Assembly: GCA_964016885.1 (NCBI GenBank)
Contig: OZ024743.1
Location: 370,760,001 to 370,824,000 of the forward strand
Direction of reading: 5' to 3'
From: Eledone cirrhosa
Taxonomy: Eukaryota
Length of the DNA stretch: 64,000 nt
Positions 31,520-44,369 of this stretch are shown here, one piece after another. Below the pieces are notes generated by a model that had not been told where the DNA came from, did no database searches, and saw only the letters and a program-made list of their open reading frames with translations. The translations under genes and the position numbers were made by a program. The number at the start of each line of letters is the position of its first letter. Position 1 is the first letter of the stretch.

Positions 31520-33985
31520 TAAACCCAGTACATTGTCTGTTGGAGATTGAAAAGTGCTTCACTAAAATTTGTTGGAATGCGAACATAAATAACAACAATA
31601 CAAATAACAATAATAATAATAACGAAAGTAGTAACATAAACAATAACTTTGACTATAGAAATAACAGCTATAATAATAATAGTCATAACAATAACAAAAG
31701 CAGGAGAGATGGAAATAATAATAATAATGGAAATGGCAGAAGCAGCAACGTTAATGATAGGCAGAACAACAATAACAACCAAAACAAAAACAAGAAACGT
31801 AACAATACAGGTAACAACCATAATGGTAGATATAACACTAACAACAACGATAACAATGGAGAGAACAACAATACTGTTAACAATCGTAACAATAATAATA
31901 ATGTTAACAGTAGGAACAACAACAGCCATAATGGCAATAATAGTAGTACACCCAACTATAATGATAGATTTAATGACAACCCCTTAGAGAATCTGTTCTT
32001 CAACCCAGCTGACAAAACATACAAGATGAACAAAATTTATCCCACTATATCATCTTTTAATAAAAGAGTTTGTATACAACAATAAATAGATGACCAAACA
32101 GAGGCACAGTTTACCATAGCTAGAAATAAACTTAGACAGGTAGTAGAACAATATACTAAGGGATAAAACAGACCAGAAATTCAACAACTTGGATGAAAAC
32201 CTGTAGAAGGCCTACTTAGCCTTAAGCAGCGCACAAGGGATGGTGAGGTAGTTTATCTACCCACAGATAAATCTGGTAGGATGTCAATAGGCAGCATGCC
32301 GAACTATATCAAAGCTATGCAACTCCACATCATCAACACGAGCGAAACAACAAAATAAACACATGAGGAGAGAGAAAAGATCCTCAACGCTTACATGATG
32401 ATGTTGACCGACATCCTAAAGCCAAGTAGACACACAGCCAACAACTTCTGAGCATCTAACAACAACATACCACCCTTATATGGACTCCGCAAAGACCATA
32501 AAACAACCAACAACCCTATGACAGGACCAACAACAAGACCTATATGCGGAGCCAATATTGCTAGCAACTACAGGATCTCCTACTTCCTCTCTATGATTAT
32601 ACGCCCTATAATTAAGATGTTTCCAGATATATGTGACAGCACAGAGGACCTCCTCAGTAGAGTCAATGAATGCAACAACAACAAAAACTTAACTAACTGC
32701 ATAATAGGCAGTATGGATGTAGTATCTCTGTACCCATCCATTAACATTGATTTTGCTGTGAAACAATGTGTGGAAATAATCAGTGAGAGTGAAGTGGAAT
32801 TCTGCGACGTTGACACAGATGAACTGGGCCTCCTACTTGGACTTACTTATGACACCGAATACCTAGATAATCTTGACCTTAGCTGATTCTGCCCTAGTAG
32901 ACCTATAAGAAGTAGACCCCCAACCATAACCTCAATGGCTAAAAAGACTCCTATAGGAAGATGGACCAAAGCCATACAGACACTCAAAAACAACGATCAT
33001 GTGAGAAAAATGGTCACACATGCAATAGGGGCTAGTATTAAAACTACCTTAAAGGGCCATATGTTTAAATTTAATGAAAAGATCTACACCCAGAATGAGG
33101 GAGCAGCCATTGGCATCAGCATAGCTGGCAATGTTGCCAATCTATTTATGGTATAGTGGGAGAGGAGACTCAGAGAACTCCTTGAAGAGAATGCCATAGC
33201 CTTCGTCATGTACTCTCGTTATGTAGACGATATTAATATAGTAATAAGAACACCCTGCAAGAGAGTACTAATAAATATGAATTAGAAAATAGCACAATAG
33301 AGAGCATCCAGCGGATAGCTAACTCCATACACCAGAGTATAACTGTAACTGTTGACTACCCTTCCAAACACTCTAACAATAGACTACCAGTATTAGACAC
33401 GGAACTCTGGATAAATACTATAGACGAGAGGGCCCAAATCTCCACTCACATTATGCTAAACTCATGGCCTCCAAATAACTGATATTCAAAAACTCAGCAA
33501 TGTCCAATAGTGCTAAGCTTAATATTCTGATTGAAGACTTGGTAAGACTGATGTGCGACCCAACTGAAGTGGAAAGTCACATCCAACACTTCATCAATCG
33601 CATGCAGTTCTCTGGCTACAACCAAAGAGACAGAATCAGAGTATACAAAAGAGCCACGGAAAAATATAAGACCCTCATAGAAATGGACATGAAAGGAATT
33701 TGCCCATTATACAGGAGCAAATCATGGAATAGCTTAGATAGGACTAAACATAAGATAAGGAAAACCACTTCATGGTACGGCAACCAGAGATACCAAAGTG
33801 TCATGTTCGTGGATGCTACCCCTGGAGGGAAATTAGCTAAGCAATGTAGAAAGGCCCTAAGAAAGACCCATCTAAAGATTGAAGTGGTAGAAAAGCCAGG
33901 AACTACCATAAAATACCTGATTAGCAAGACATACCCTTTTAAGAAAACCCACTGTACGAATAAGAAATGTGTTATATGTAGAATA
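31520..33985 (+). mobile_element. Penelope-like element reverse transcriptase pseudogene
   Basis: Asn-rich N-terminus, then TDKSGRM, LYGLRKDHK, RPICGA, GSMDVVSLYPSI, GAAIGISIAG, YSRYVDD, LPVLD, MQFSGY. Many stops; truncated by (TA)n at the Cys linker. Confidence 0.92.
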
Positions 33986-34119
33986 CATATATATATACAT
34001 ATACTTATATATATATACACATTATATGTATACACACACACACATATATATATATACACACATATATATAGCAAAAATATGAAGAATAACATGGTCAGCT
34101 GTACAATAGGGTTTATTTA

Positions 34120-34232
34120 CAGTATTAACAATTGTTTCTTTAGTCTGGTGAGTCTAAAAGTCACTGAAAGTTAGAAGTTACGTCAGTCAACCTTAATTAC
34201 AGTCGATCCCCGACCAAATCATCAGAATACTG
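34120..34232 (-). ncRNA. Type I hammerhead ribozyme with long loop II
   Basis: Minus strand: CAGTATT-CTGATGA-TTTGGTC-(66 nt)-GACTAAA-GAAA-CAATTG-TT-AATACTG. Perfect 7-bp stem I, 7-bp stem II, intact core. Confidence 0.85.
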
Positions 34233-35108
34233 ATTTGTACATAACACAGGGCACTGGTATTTATAGATACATGGGAGAATAACATAAATGAAAACAACAA
34301 TAATAATCATAAGAAGATTAATGATAATAATAGTAGTAGTGGTAGTAGTAATAGTTGTAATAGTGAGTGGATAGAGGCGTAAAATAGTAATGACGGTGTA
34401 ATAAAAATAACATGGAAAAAGTGGGGGTTTGAAGAGATAGTGTGATAAGCAAGATGCTGGTCAGTCATAAAATGATGTATTGGCGCCATTCCAATATAGT
34501 GGGTTATATTCATGAATTGGCGGAATAAAGACTAAAAAATAAAAAATAAAGAATAAAAAATAAAAAGACAATGATAACAGATGGGTGATTAAGGTTGAGG
34601 TATTTTGAATGTTTTATCTTAATGGAGGTGAGGATTGATGGTAACGTTGTGTGAGAGGATGTGTCTATAAAGAGTTGACGGACTGCCGATTGATTTTATG
34701 TCCGATTGGTCAACTAACAATTAATTATAGTGGGGATGTGTAAAGTTGATCCGTTGGTGTCAGTGTAGTAGACATTCTAAATCCGGGTGGTTTGAATGGA
34801 TAGTGAGATTGCCGGATCGAATCATGTTTGTCATGGTTTGTAGTTAGAGAATTTAGTGGTGGCTTTGTGCCTACAGAAAATTGTTTGCTCGATCTTGCTA
34901 TTGAGCAGCATTTTGTTATATTGTAGAATACAATATACATATATATATATATTGTTATGCTTTGGGAGAGTCATGTTGCCAATAAGAAACACACGCACCA
35001 GTTGCTTTCACTCCAATTTATTATAAATTAAATTTATAAATTTAAGAATTTATAAATTTCCGGTTGGTTGGTTGGTTGGTTCCATAACCGGACGGTTGTT
35101 CATATATT

Positions 35109-35151
35109 GTCAAAGTTCTTTCGTCACACATTCTGTGACCTCTTCAGTGAC
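35109..35151 (-). ncRNA. Minimal type I hammerhead-like motif
   Basis: GTCA-CTGAAGA-G-GTCACA-GAATG-TGTGAC-GAAA-GAAC-TT-TGAC. Confidence 0.65.
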
Positions 35152-35860
35152 TGTGGATTCTTTTCTTTGTTTTCTGGTCTTTCTACTATCTTAATATTAA
35201 ATTTACATAAACTTAATATTAAGATAGTAGAAAGACCAGGTACCTCCATAAAAATACTTATTAGCAATACATACCCTTTTCAAAGACCTCCCTGTATAGA
35301 TAAGAAATGCATAATCTGTAAACTAAGCCCCCATATTAACTGTAAAACTAGAAATGTAGTATATAGCATAAAATGTATTGAAGGACAATGCAAAGATAAG
35401 AATATAGTGTACATAGGTGAGACAGCTCGTAACATAGGAGAACGGTTAAATGAACACTGGCGAGAACTTCAAGATAAAAAAGAATCATCAATACTCCACC
35501 AACATGCTAAAATAGAACATAAGGGTAAATTAGAGAACATAGAAATAAAAATAGAATCTACACACAGAAAAGACGCAATGTTTAGACAAATCACAGAGGC
35601 AATAAAGATAAATGAACTCCAACCAAAATTAAATAGAAAACATGAATGGAACAGCAACATCACAACTTACAATTAAGGACAAAATGAAAACACACACACA
35701 TAGAACAAACAACTAATTAGTAACATGTAAATAAACAAATAAAAACACACACAGACACCCGGATGTAACACATGCGCAAACTAAGCACACAACACACACA
35801 AAAACAAGATGGCGTAGGACAGAACAAAGGAGAGGCACAAAACAAAGAAAAGAATCCACA

Positions 35861-35903
35861 GTCACTGAAGAGGTCACAGAATGTGTGACGAAAGAACTTT
35901 GAA
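35861..35903 (+). ncRNA. Minimal type I hammerhead-like motif (inverted twin of 35109-35151)
   Basis: Same motif with one stem I mismatch (TGAA). Confidence 0.55.
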
Positions 35904-36720
35904 AATATATGAACAACCGTCCAGTTATGGAACCAACCAACCGGAAATTTATAATAAATTGGAGTGAAAGCGATTGGTGCGTGTGTCTCTTATTGGCAAC
36001 ATGACCCTCCCAAAGCATAACAGTATCGGTTTCAACACATGTTTTCAGATAAAGAATCTTGCTAAACAAATTCAGAAACAAAATATATATATATATATAT
36101 ACCGTCAACCATACACAATTAGGTATAAATGAAATTTATAAATTCTTTAATTTATAATAAATTGGAGTGAAAGCAACTGGTGCGTGTGTTTCTTATTGGC
36201 AACATGACCCTCCGTGTGTTGAAACCGATACTGTTATGCTTTGGGAGGGTCATGTTGCCAATAAGATACACACGCACCAATTGCTTTCACTCCAATTTAT
36301 TATAAATTAAATTTATAAATTAAAAAATTTATACCTAATTGTGTATGGTTGACGGTATATTTGGTCAGTTTCTGCATGCTGTTGAAATGTTGGGTAAATA
36401 CTCTATTGTGGTCAACTGCGGAGAGGCTGCTTTCGGTTATTTATCAAATATTTCTTCATAGGAGCCTTTATTCTTATAGCCTCGTCTAATTGATTTTTTA
36501 TATGGTTAATTATGCTAATTGGGAGAGGAAATAGTATATATTTTATCTAATAATTCTAAGGACATCATTTATTATATATATATATATACCCTTGCAAGCA
36601 GGGAAAAAGCGGACGTAAAATGAAATATATATATATATACTCATATATATATACACATATATATATACTCATATATACATACACATATATACATATATAT
36701 ATACATACATATATATATAC

Positions 36721-38282
36721 ATGGTGGCTGCCAACTCGTCTTCGAGTACGGCCACTACTTTATATCCATGTAGGAGAACCCCTACCGATGCGCTGAACGA
36801 GTGTGACTTTTTAGTCCAGCCAGCGACTTGAAAACTCTGGTACAAACACTACACTTGTGACAATTATTCACACATAGTGCTGGGCCCATGGTACCATGTG
36901 ACGACAAGTGCAGAGAGATCTCCAGATATAAAGCAATGCCTGTGCCGTGAAGCTTTTATAGTGAGCAAAGGCACTGCACAAGGCCAGTCCCACTCTCTTA
37001 ACCAAGATGATATTTACCAAAAAGAAGAACAAGTCAACATCATTGGATATCATCAGGGTTGCAGGTGTTATATCAGAGTTTTCTTTCTCCTAGAATTCTG
37101 CCTTGACAAAGGCTAAGGGGTCATCTCTCCCGGTGATTTTGGATGGCCATTGACTCTTAAGAGCTCCTTTGCCCTTTGACAGGTTTTGTTTTTAGTCCTG
37201 CAGGATGTCCAAAGTCACCCTCCTCACCAAGAAACCTTGGTGGGGTTGCCAGTTTAGTCGCCAACGACCCGACCATGAGACAGGTTGTACTGGGATACAT
37301 GTTACTAGTAGCACCAACTGGTGACCTGACATATATACATATATATATACATACATACATATATGATGGCTACCCCATCATTATCGAGTATGGCCCGATA
37401 TACCATTATTAATAATTATTAATTAATTCTATCGTGCAATGCCTGTGCGTGAAGATATTTTTGAAAGACTGTGCACTGAGCCAATCCCACTCTCTGAGCA
37501 ACAGTAGCTATAACCCGAAAAGAAGAAAAGATCAACATGATCGTTAACTACTGAGCCGCGGGGTTTATATCGAAGTTATCCCAGTTTCCTGAGTTGCCTT
37601 CTCCTAGAAGAATGCCCTAACAAAGCGTGCGGTACATATGTATATACATATTTACATACCTTTGGATGGCCATTGACTCTTATGAGTTCTTCCTCCCTTT
37701 GTCAGGTTTTGTTTTTGTCCTGCAGGGTGTCTAAAAGCACCCTCCTCACCAAGTAAACTTGGTGGGGTAGCCACTTTAGTCGCCGACGACCCGACCATGC
37801 GACAGGTTGTACTGGGTTACATGTTACCAGTAGCACTCAAGAGTGAGCTGACATATATACATACATACATATATATATATGGCTGCCAACTCGTTTTCGA
37901 GTACGGCCACTACTTTATATCCATGTAGGAGAACCCCTACCGATGCGCTGAACGAGTGTGACTTTTAAGTCCAGCCAGCGACTTGAAAACTCTGGTACAA
38001 ACACTATACTTATGACAATTATTGACACAGTGCAGGGCCCATGGTACCATGTGACGACAAGTGCAGAGAGATCTCCAGATATAAAGCAATGCCTGTGCCG
38101 TGAAGCTTTTATAGTGAGTAAAGGCAATGCACAAAGCCAGTCCCACTCTCTTAACCAAGATGATATTTACTAAAAAGAAGAACGAGTCAACATCATTGGA
38201 TACCATCAGGGCTGCAGGTGTTATATCAGAGTTTTCCTTCTCCTAGAATTCTGCCTTGACAAAGGCTAAGGGGTCATCTCTC
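36721..38282 (-). mobile_element. Three tandem short non-autonomous LINE-derived elements separated by microsatellite
   Basis: Copies at about 36721-37330, 37362-37855 (more diverged) and 37878-38282 (truncated). Remnant C2H2-like tail VCTRVFKSLAGLKSHTRSAHR* resembles RTE-family C-termini. Confidence 0.7.
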
Positions 38283-38573
38283 ATATACATATATACATAC
38301 ATATATATACATATATATATATATATACATATACACACACACATATATATACACATATATACATATACACACACACACATATATATACATATATATATAC
38401 ATATATACATATACACATATATATACATATATATATACATATATACATATACACATATATATACATATATATATATATACATATATACATATACATATAA
38501 AAACAAATAACGAAACGAAATTAAACTTCGTTTCGCTTGTAACTCACTTTTGTATGACTGACGCTTAAACAAT

Positions 38574-39040
38574 TAAGTTAAAGATGTACATCCATATATG
38601 TATACTGAAATACTAGTATGTATATGAATACACACACGTATACATATGTAGATGTACCAAGTTTTTTCATTGGTCACTTTACTGTGAGTGGCCAGCTATT
38701 CTGTATGTAAACGCAGACAAACCGGTTTTTAGAGTCATACTGGTTTTTGAGGAAACACCTTTCCTCTATTCTCCAGAAAGCCAGACAAGGAATATTGAAC
38801 TAGTTTCGTTGTTGTTACAACTCATCAGCAATATTTACCTATCTTCCGGCCTCTCTAGAGAATCGTAAAAGCACATATCGTTATATGCTTTTTCTATGAA
38901 AATTAGTAGTGGGCAGACTAACTTGCATAGAGTGTGAGTAAAGTGACCAGTGAAAAAACTTGGTACATCTACATATGTATACGTGTGTGTATTCATATAC
39001 ATACTAGTATTTCAGTATACATATATGGATCTTTAACTTA
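38574..39040. repeat. Fold-back element: ~105-bp inverted arms around a ~250-bp loop
   Basis: 38574-38683 is the near-perfect reverse complement of 38937-39040. Confidence 0.92.
38791..38835 (-). ncRNA. Minimal type I hammerhead ribozyme
   Basis: Minus strand: AATATTG-CTGATGA-GTTGT-AACA-ACAAC-GAAA-CTAG-TT-CAATATT. Perfect stems I and II, palindromic ACTAGT stem III. Confidence 0.9.
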
Positions 39041-40196
39041 ATCATATACATATATATATATATATATAAATTTACATATACACACATATATATATAGACA
39101 CACACACACATATTTATATACAGATATATATATACATATACACACATATATATATAAATTTACATATACACACATATATACACATACACACATACACATA
39201 TATATATAAATATATATATACACATATATATACATATATACAGGCATATATATATATACATACATACACACACACACACACATATATAGACATATATATA
39301 TATACATGCATATATACACACACACACACACACACACATATATACATAGGAAAATAGTCAGGACACCGATGGCTGAGCTCCAGCCGTTTCGACAGCTCAG
39401 CTGTCGGAGTCCTGACTCTTTTCCTAGTAGGTCTGCCAAAATGCTCAGGTGTCTACAATCACACACACACATACACACTCACACCCACACACATGCACAC
39501 TCATATACACATGCATATATATGAGTTGTCTGTGGGTCTGTCTTTTCTTCAGAAATTATTATGAACAGCCACAAAACCATATATATTATTATTTGCCATC
39601 TCACAGGTCATATATGTATAACAATTATTTTATTGTATGATGCAGCAATTGATCAAAATTCTATTGCTATATTTCCATATTCATATTAACAAATTTGGCC
39701 ATTTCCTCTTTCCCTGAAAGTGAGACTAAAGAAAGAAGAAAAGCAAAGAATTTAATGTCAAATTTTATGCGCATTGTGAAACACAATAAAGACAAACTGA
39801 AAAAAAGGGGCGTCAAGAGAGAGAGGAACAGATATATCAAGAGAGAGAAGCAAGGAAAGGGAGGTAGCAAGGGTAAAAGAAGAAAGAAGTGGCTTATTTA
39901 AAATTTGAACTTAAATGTTAACTAAATATAAAACCAATTATTCATTATTCAATATATATCTGCTGTTATCCATGCATATCTCTGGAACAAACTGAACAAG
40001 ATATTTACAAAAAACAGTCATAGGGATTATGGATAATAGAACAAAAGGATGAAGCTTGTCTTGATGTTTGCAATGCTAACTCTTGCTCTGGTAAGGAAAA
40101 TGGTCTTAAAACGCTTGTTGTTGCTAGTAACTTTGGTAATAATTTGTTGCCTTCTACAGGTAAAATAAGATAAAAAGAAGTATGACATCAACAAAC

Positions 40197-40337
40197 CTGA
40201 AACTTTGAGGACAAGTATTTGGGAAAAGTAACCCACTTGCTTTTGTTGCCATGTTATCCTTCTGGAAAATAGGGTTGATAAAGTCATTCATGTATTTATG
40301 AATGTAACCCCAGAGGGAATAGGTTCTTTCTGACAAC
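40197..40337 (-). CDS. MTMR6: MTMR6/7/8-like exon
   Basis: (R)LSERTYSLWGYIHKYMNDFINPIFQKDNMATKASGLLFPNTCPQSF. CAG acceptor, GTTTGT donor, 141 nt, phase 2/2. Confidence 0.92.
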
Positions 40338-41232
40338 CTGGATATAAAGCAAAGAAAAAACCCAATGATTTTATAGATATAACATTTTGATTGATTGGAG
40401 ATATTGGTGATGAAAGGAATGTTTTACAAGAGTTTTACAGTCAATAAGACAGAGGACATGGTTAGGTATTGATTTTAACAAAAAAAACTATATTATGTTT
40501 TAAACGAACATGTGTTTAGAAATGGTGAGTGGAATTTTATTTAGATTATTTTCCTTTAGTCAACATATTCAATAAAGATTCAAACTTTCCCATTAATTTC
40601 ATTATCATTACTTTTATTTTTAGGGTATATTGAATATCTTATACTAAGTTCAAACCTCACTACAGATGATTTTACTTATCAATAATATGAGTGCTAGAGA
40701 GAACTCATAAAGGAGCTTCTATGTAGCCACTTGATCTCTTAGAAATAGCAACCAAATCTTCCTCAAATTATACTTCTGTACAATCATTATAATATAGATT
40801 TATCAACATTTATTAACATTTATTAACATTTATTTACATGTTTTCATTGTTATTGTTGATATATTTTACTTAATGAAACCTCTACCATCATGTTTTTTGT
40901 TTCTTTTTTTTTGTATTTCACCTTTGTACTCTCCCCACTCACCCCAATATCTGAGACCTTGTGGCCAATAAAAGAAATCATCATCATCATTATTATATCA
41001 CTAATTAATAATGAAGAAATTATGTTGTTGCTTAAACTTCTAGAAATAGAAGCCAAATCCCACCCTACTGTCCTAAAAATGGAAAGACATTGAATAATGA
41101 TATATTGTCCCTAAAGAAAACAAAAGTAAACCACAGAATGGTTATGACTAGAACATCTTTAGTTATAGGATTTATGTCTAAATTGAGAATATCAACATCA
41201 ACAACAACATTGGGGCATTTATGTTTCCATAC

Positions 41233-41486
41233 CTTAGATCAATGCGATCTTTCTCACAATTGCCAATAAAAGTACCATATTGACAGGAGAAAACATGATC
41301 ATGAAGAATCAATAAGAAGCGTTCATTGAATTGAAAAGCACAGGGGAACTGGTGGGTCATTTGCCAGACTGCATCAATGAATTGTGTGAACACTGGAGAC
41401 ACCTCTTTTGGGTCTACTGTGCCCAGAAACCCACACCGGTCTGTAAATTTATGCCCAAAAGCAAGCCATTCTTTCTCAATAAGGTC
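41233..41486 (-). CDS. MTMR6: MTMR6/7/8-like exon (SET-interacting region)
   Basis: DLIEKEWLAFGHKFTDRCG...SPVFTQFIDAVWQMTHQFPCAFQFNERFL...CQYGTFIGNCEKDRIDL. CAG acceptor, GTATGG donor, 254 nt. Confidence 0.97.
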
Positions 41487-42368
41487 CTGAAATAGATATA
41501 GAATTAAAATATAATGTTTATAACCCCAAATAATTGGCAAAGAAATGTTAGTTTCAACCATAAATACTTGATATTGAGAATAATGGTTTCTAATTTAGGT
41601 ATAAGGCTAGCAATTTGAGATTAAAGAAAAATCAATTAAATTGACTCCAATACTTAACTGATACTACATTAAGAATAATATTTCTAAGCCAATCTAAACA
41701 GAAATTTTGACATTATAATAAACACATCTTTCCTGATGATTGTCAGATGTCACCAAGCAAACTATGTTTCCACTGCTGGTACTATCTACTGTTGTAAGTC
41801 CTGGTAGAAGCATCACTGCATTTCCAGTGACAGGAGGTGGGATATGAGTTGAGAACATGAAAAACCACAACAGATTCCACAAAACAACTCACCTAACACT
41901 TTAATGATTCCCTCTACCAAATTACACTCACAAAGTATGGATAACTGGATGGTATGGTAGCACAACCTTTCCAAGGTGTCACATAGTGGAATCAAACTAG
42001 GAATCACATGGATATTTTTTTGTTCCATTTGGAAGAAGGAATTGTGCCCTGGCTTTAATTTGTTTGAGAAATTTCAGTATTTGGAATTTTTTAGCCAAAC
42101 AGAAAAGCTTGGCATCCATAATTAAAGCCAGGGACACTGTGGAAGGTCAAAGATCATGGAACACAAACTGTTGACCTTTAGATGATGAGCTGATGTCCTA
42201 CTGATCCGGCCAACTACTTTACATATGTGTTTAATGTTATGCCAATTGTGTTGTGTGGAGGCAGCTGGTTAACAGGAGACTAAAAAATGATAGTGTGTGA
42301 GTGCATGTTCAAGTAAAAAAATAAAACATTTTGTTCAAGAGATATACAGAAAAGAAGGACTGACTCAC

Positions 42369-42491
42369 CTGAAATCCTTTTAAGGTTCTATAGTAAGGGT
42401 CTAACATAAGAGCAGCCAAAGAACATGTTTGAGCTGTGCGGTCCCAGCCATCTGAACAGTGTACAAGAACACTGACACCTTCAGAGACAGC
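42369..42491 (-). CDS. MTMR6: MTMR6/7/8-like exon with catalytic CX5R motif
   Basis: [41 protein letters not shown] with intact myotubularin active site [15 protein letters not shown] donor, 123 nt. Confidence 0.97.
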
Positions 42492-43399
42492 CTTCAAAAT
42501 ATAACAGAGCAAAAATGATAATAATGATGTGAACAATTTCTCTCTCTCTCTCTTATACACATGCACGCACAAACACGTTATAATAAGAACAAACATATGT
42601 AAGTTAGTATATTTTTGGTTACATTTCTTTAAAGTGTATAATTGAAGACAAGCAAGCTTTGGTATTGAGAAGGCTAGAAAGGTAATGTCTGTTTAGACAG
42701 ATACATCATCAAAATGGATAGGAGAGTCTTAGATTAGCTTTAAAACAAATAGGGCTTTTGAAAAGTTAGCCAAAGTTCCACTATCCATTCTCCCATTAGA
42801 GACTATTTTAAAGCAATAGTTCTCCATATAGTGATATATCTCTATATACTAATCACTCTATATAAAGAACTCACTACTACCAAGGACCATCTAAAACACA
42901 CCGATATCTGAAGGAGCTTAAATAAATAGACAAACAAAGACTTGGAGGGACTGAACAGACCTTATTGCTAAAAAAGAAGAAAACTAGACTCTAAGGAAAC
43001 TAGTGATAGTCTGCATAAGCAAAAACAAAAAAACATATTAATAAGATTTGTAGAATAATGTAAGTTTGTTTGCTGTGAAAAAATGTGAATTCTGACACTC
43101 CAGGTAGGAATATGATACAATATGATACAAGAAACTTTATCAAGACAAGTGTTGTAAATGCTTGCCTACACTGATAGAGAGTCATACTTTTCAAAACTTG
43201 AAAAAATGAAGGAAAATCAAGGAACCATTTTCTGTATTATCATATAATAGAGACACCTAATTGACATGCCTGATAACATAAGATATAACCTTATAGAAGG
43301 CCAGCTAAACTTACACAGGCCTGAGCCATAACATTATAACATAGGGACCCGAAACAACATAACTATACAAATAAACCAACAAAAGAAAAAAATATTTAC

Positions 43400-43509
43400 T
43401 TTAGCAATGAAAACAGAAGTTTCCATGACAGCTCGTACATGTTTTAACCAGCCACTGTTCTCCAGACCTGATAGGAATGCAGACATGGAAGGATTCTTCA
43501 GCTCACATA
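43400..43509 (-). CDS. MTMR6: MTMR6/7/8-like exon
   Basis: (V)CELKNPSMSAFLSGLENSGWLKHVRAVMETSVFIAK. CAG acceptor, GTAAAT donor, 110 nt. Confidence 0.95.
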
Positions 43510-43904
43510 CTGGAAAATAGGAAAATAAGAAATAGATACAAAAGAAAGGAAATAAACAATTGGTTGATCAAACTAAGGAAACGATGTTCCCATTGGTTTG
43601 TCCTTTTGCTGATATTATCTGCCTGTTAATGCTCTTGGCAGAAGGAGGTGGGATTTGAACTCAGAATGCAGAGAGACAGATAAGATATTGTGAAATATCC
43701 CGTCTGACCTTTGAATAATTCCACCAATCCACCTTCCCTGGACCAGTGCTTTATTTACCCACCCTGAAAGGATGAAAAGCAAAGTAACCTCAGCAAGATT
43801 TGAACTTCATGCAGAATGAGTTGGAACAAATATCAACATTGTAATGACCACCTTAATAGACACACAAAAAAATAACAACTAGAACAACAAAACAAATAAA
43901 CAGA

Positions 43905-44142
43905 TGATGGAAGTTAACTTGCATATAATCTATAATCCAATTAGTTTGGTCTATAGAGGAAAGACATAGGAGAAATGGTTGAAAGACCTAGGCAAAGTTT
44001 GTGAGAGCTGACCTCAAATCACGGAAACTCACAGAAGAAATGATGAAGGAACATGATGAGTGGAGAGATGCCGTGCTGAGAAGGACCCATCCAACTCATG
44101 AAAGTGTGGAAAGATTGACATTAAAATGATGATGATGATGAT
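43905..44142 (+). mobile_element. Degenerate RTE 3' end
   Basis: GRPRQ-like remnant followed by an RTE-type terminus and (GAT)n. Confidence 0.6.
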
Positions 44143-44369
44143 GTGTATTTGTAAGTAGGTTTAGGGTAATTAACATGCATTATATAATTAAACAAACTAA
44201 TCAAACAATATTGATTAAAATGCTAATTATTTTTGTCTTGGCATAACACTTGTTTTTATTGATGTTGCCCTTGTGTAAATGATACATTATGGGTATATTG
44301 ATTTCTTACTGGGGAAGAAGACCAATTCTTGTTGATGTTGGGGATAACTGAATCTTTACAGAAGTACAA

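Larger units (their letters stand above)
34953..36360 (+). mobile_element. Penelope-like element 3' part (GIY-YIG ORF ~35190-35676) with inverted terminal repeat copies
   Basis: CIDKKCIIC..NCKTRNVVYSIKC..YIGETARNIGERLNEH..RQITEAIKI..LNRKHEW. 34953-35170 is an inverted copy of about 35845-36022; further fold-back at 36098-36360. Confidence 0.9.

Noticed and set aside
31417-31987. Hydrophobic membrane-protein-like ORFs
   Set aside because: Alternate frames of the (AAC/AAT)n Asn-rich N-terminus of the Penelope-like ORF.
32083-33500. Selenocysteine read-through in the Penelope RT, as reported for some Naiad elements
   Set aside because: Stops are a mix of TAA, TAG and TGA with frameshifts, and the domain order is RT first. 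This is ordinary decay.
33500-35676. Single Penelope ORF joining the RT (31520-33985) to the endonuclease (35190-35676)
   Set aside because: The two pieces overlap in homologous but different sequence (KIEVVEKPGTTIK vs KIVERPGTSIK), so they are separate insertions.
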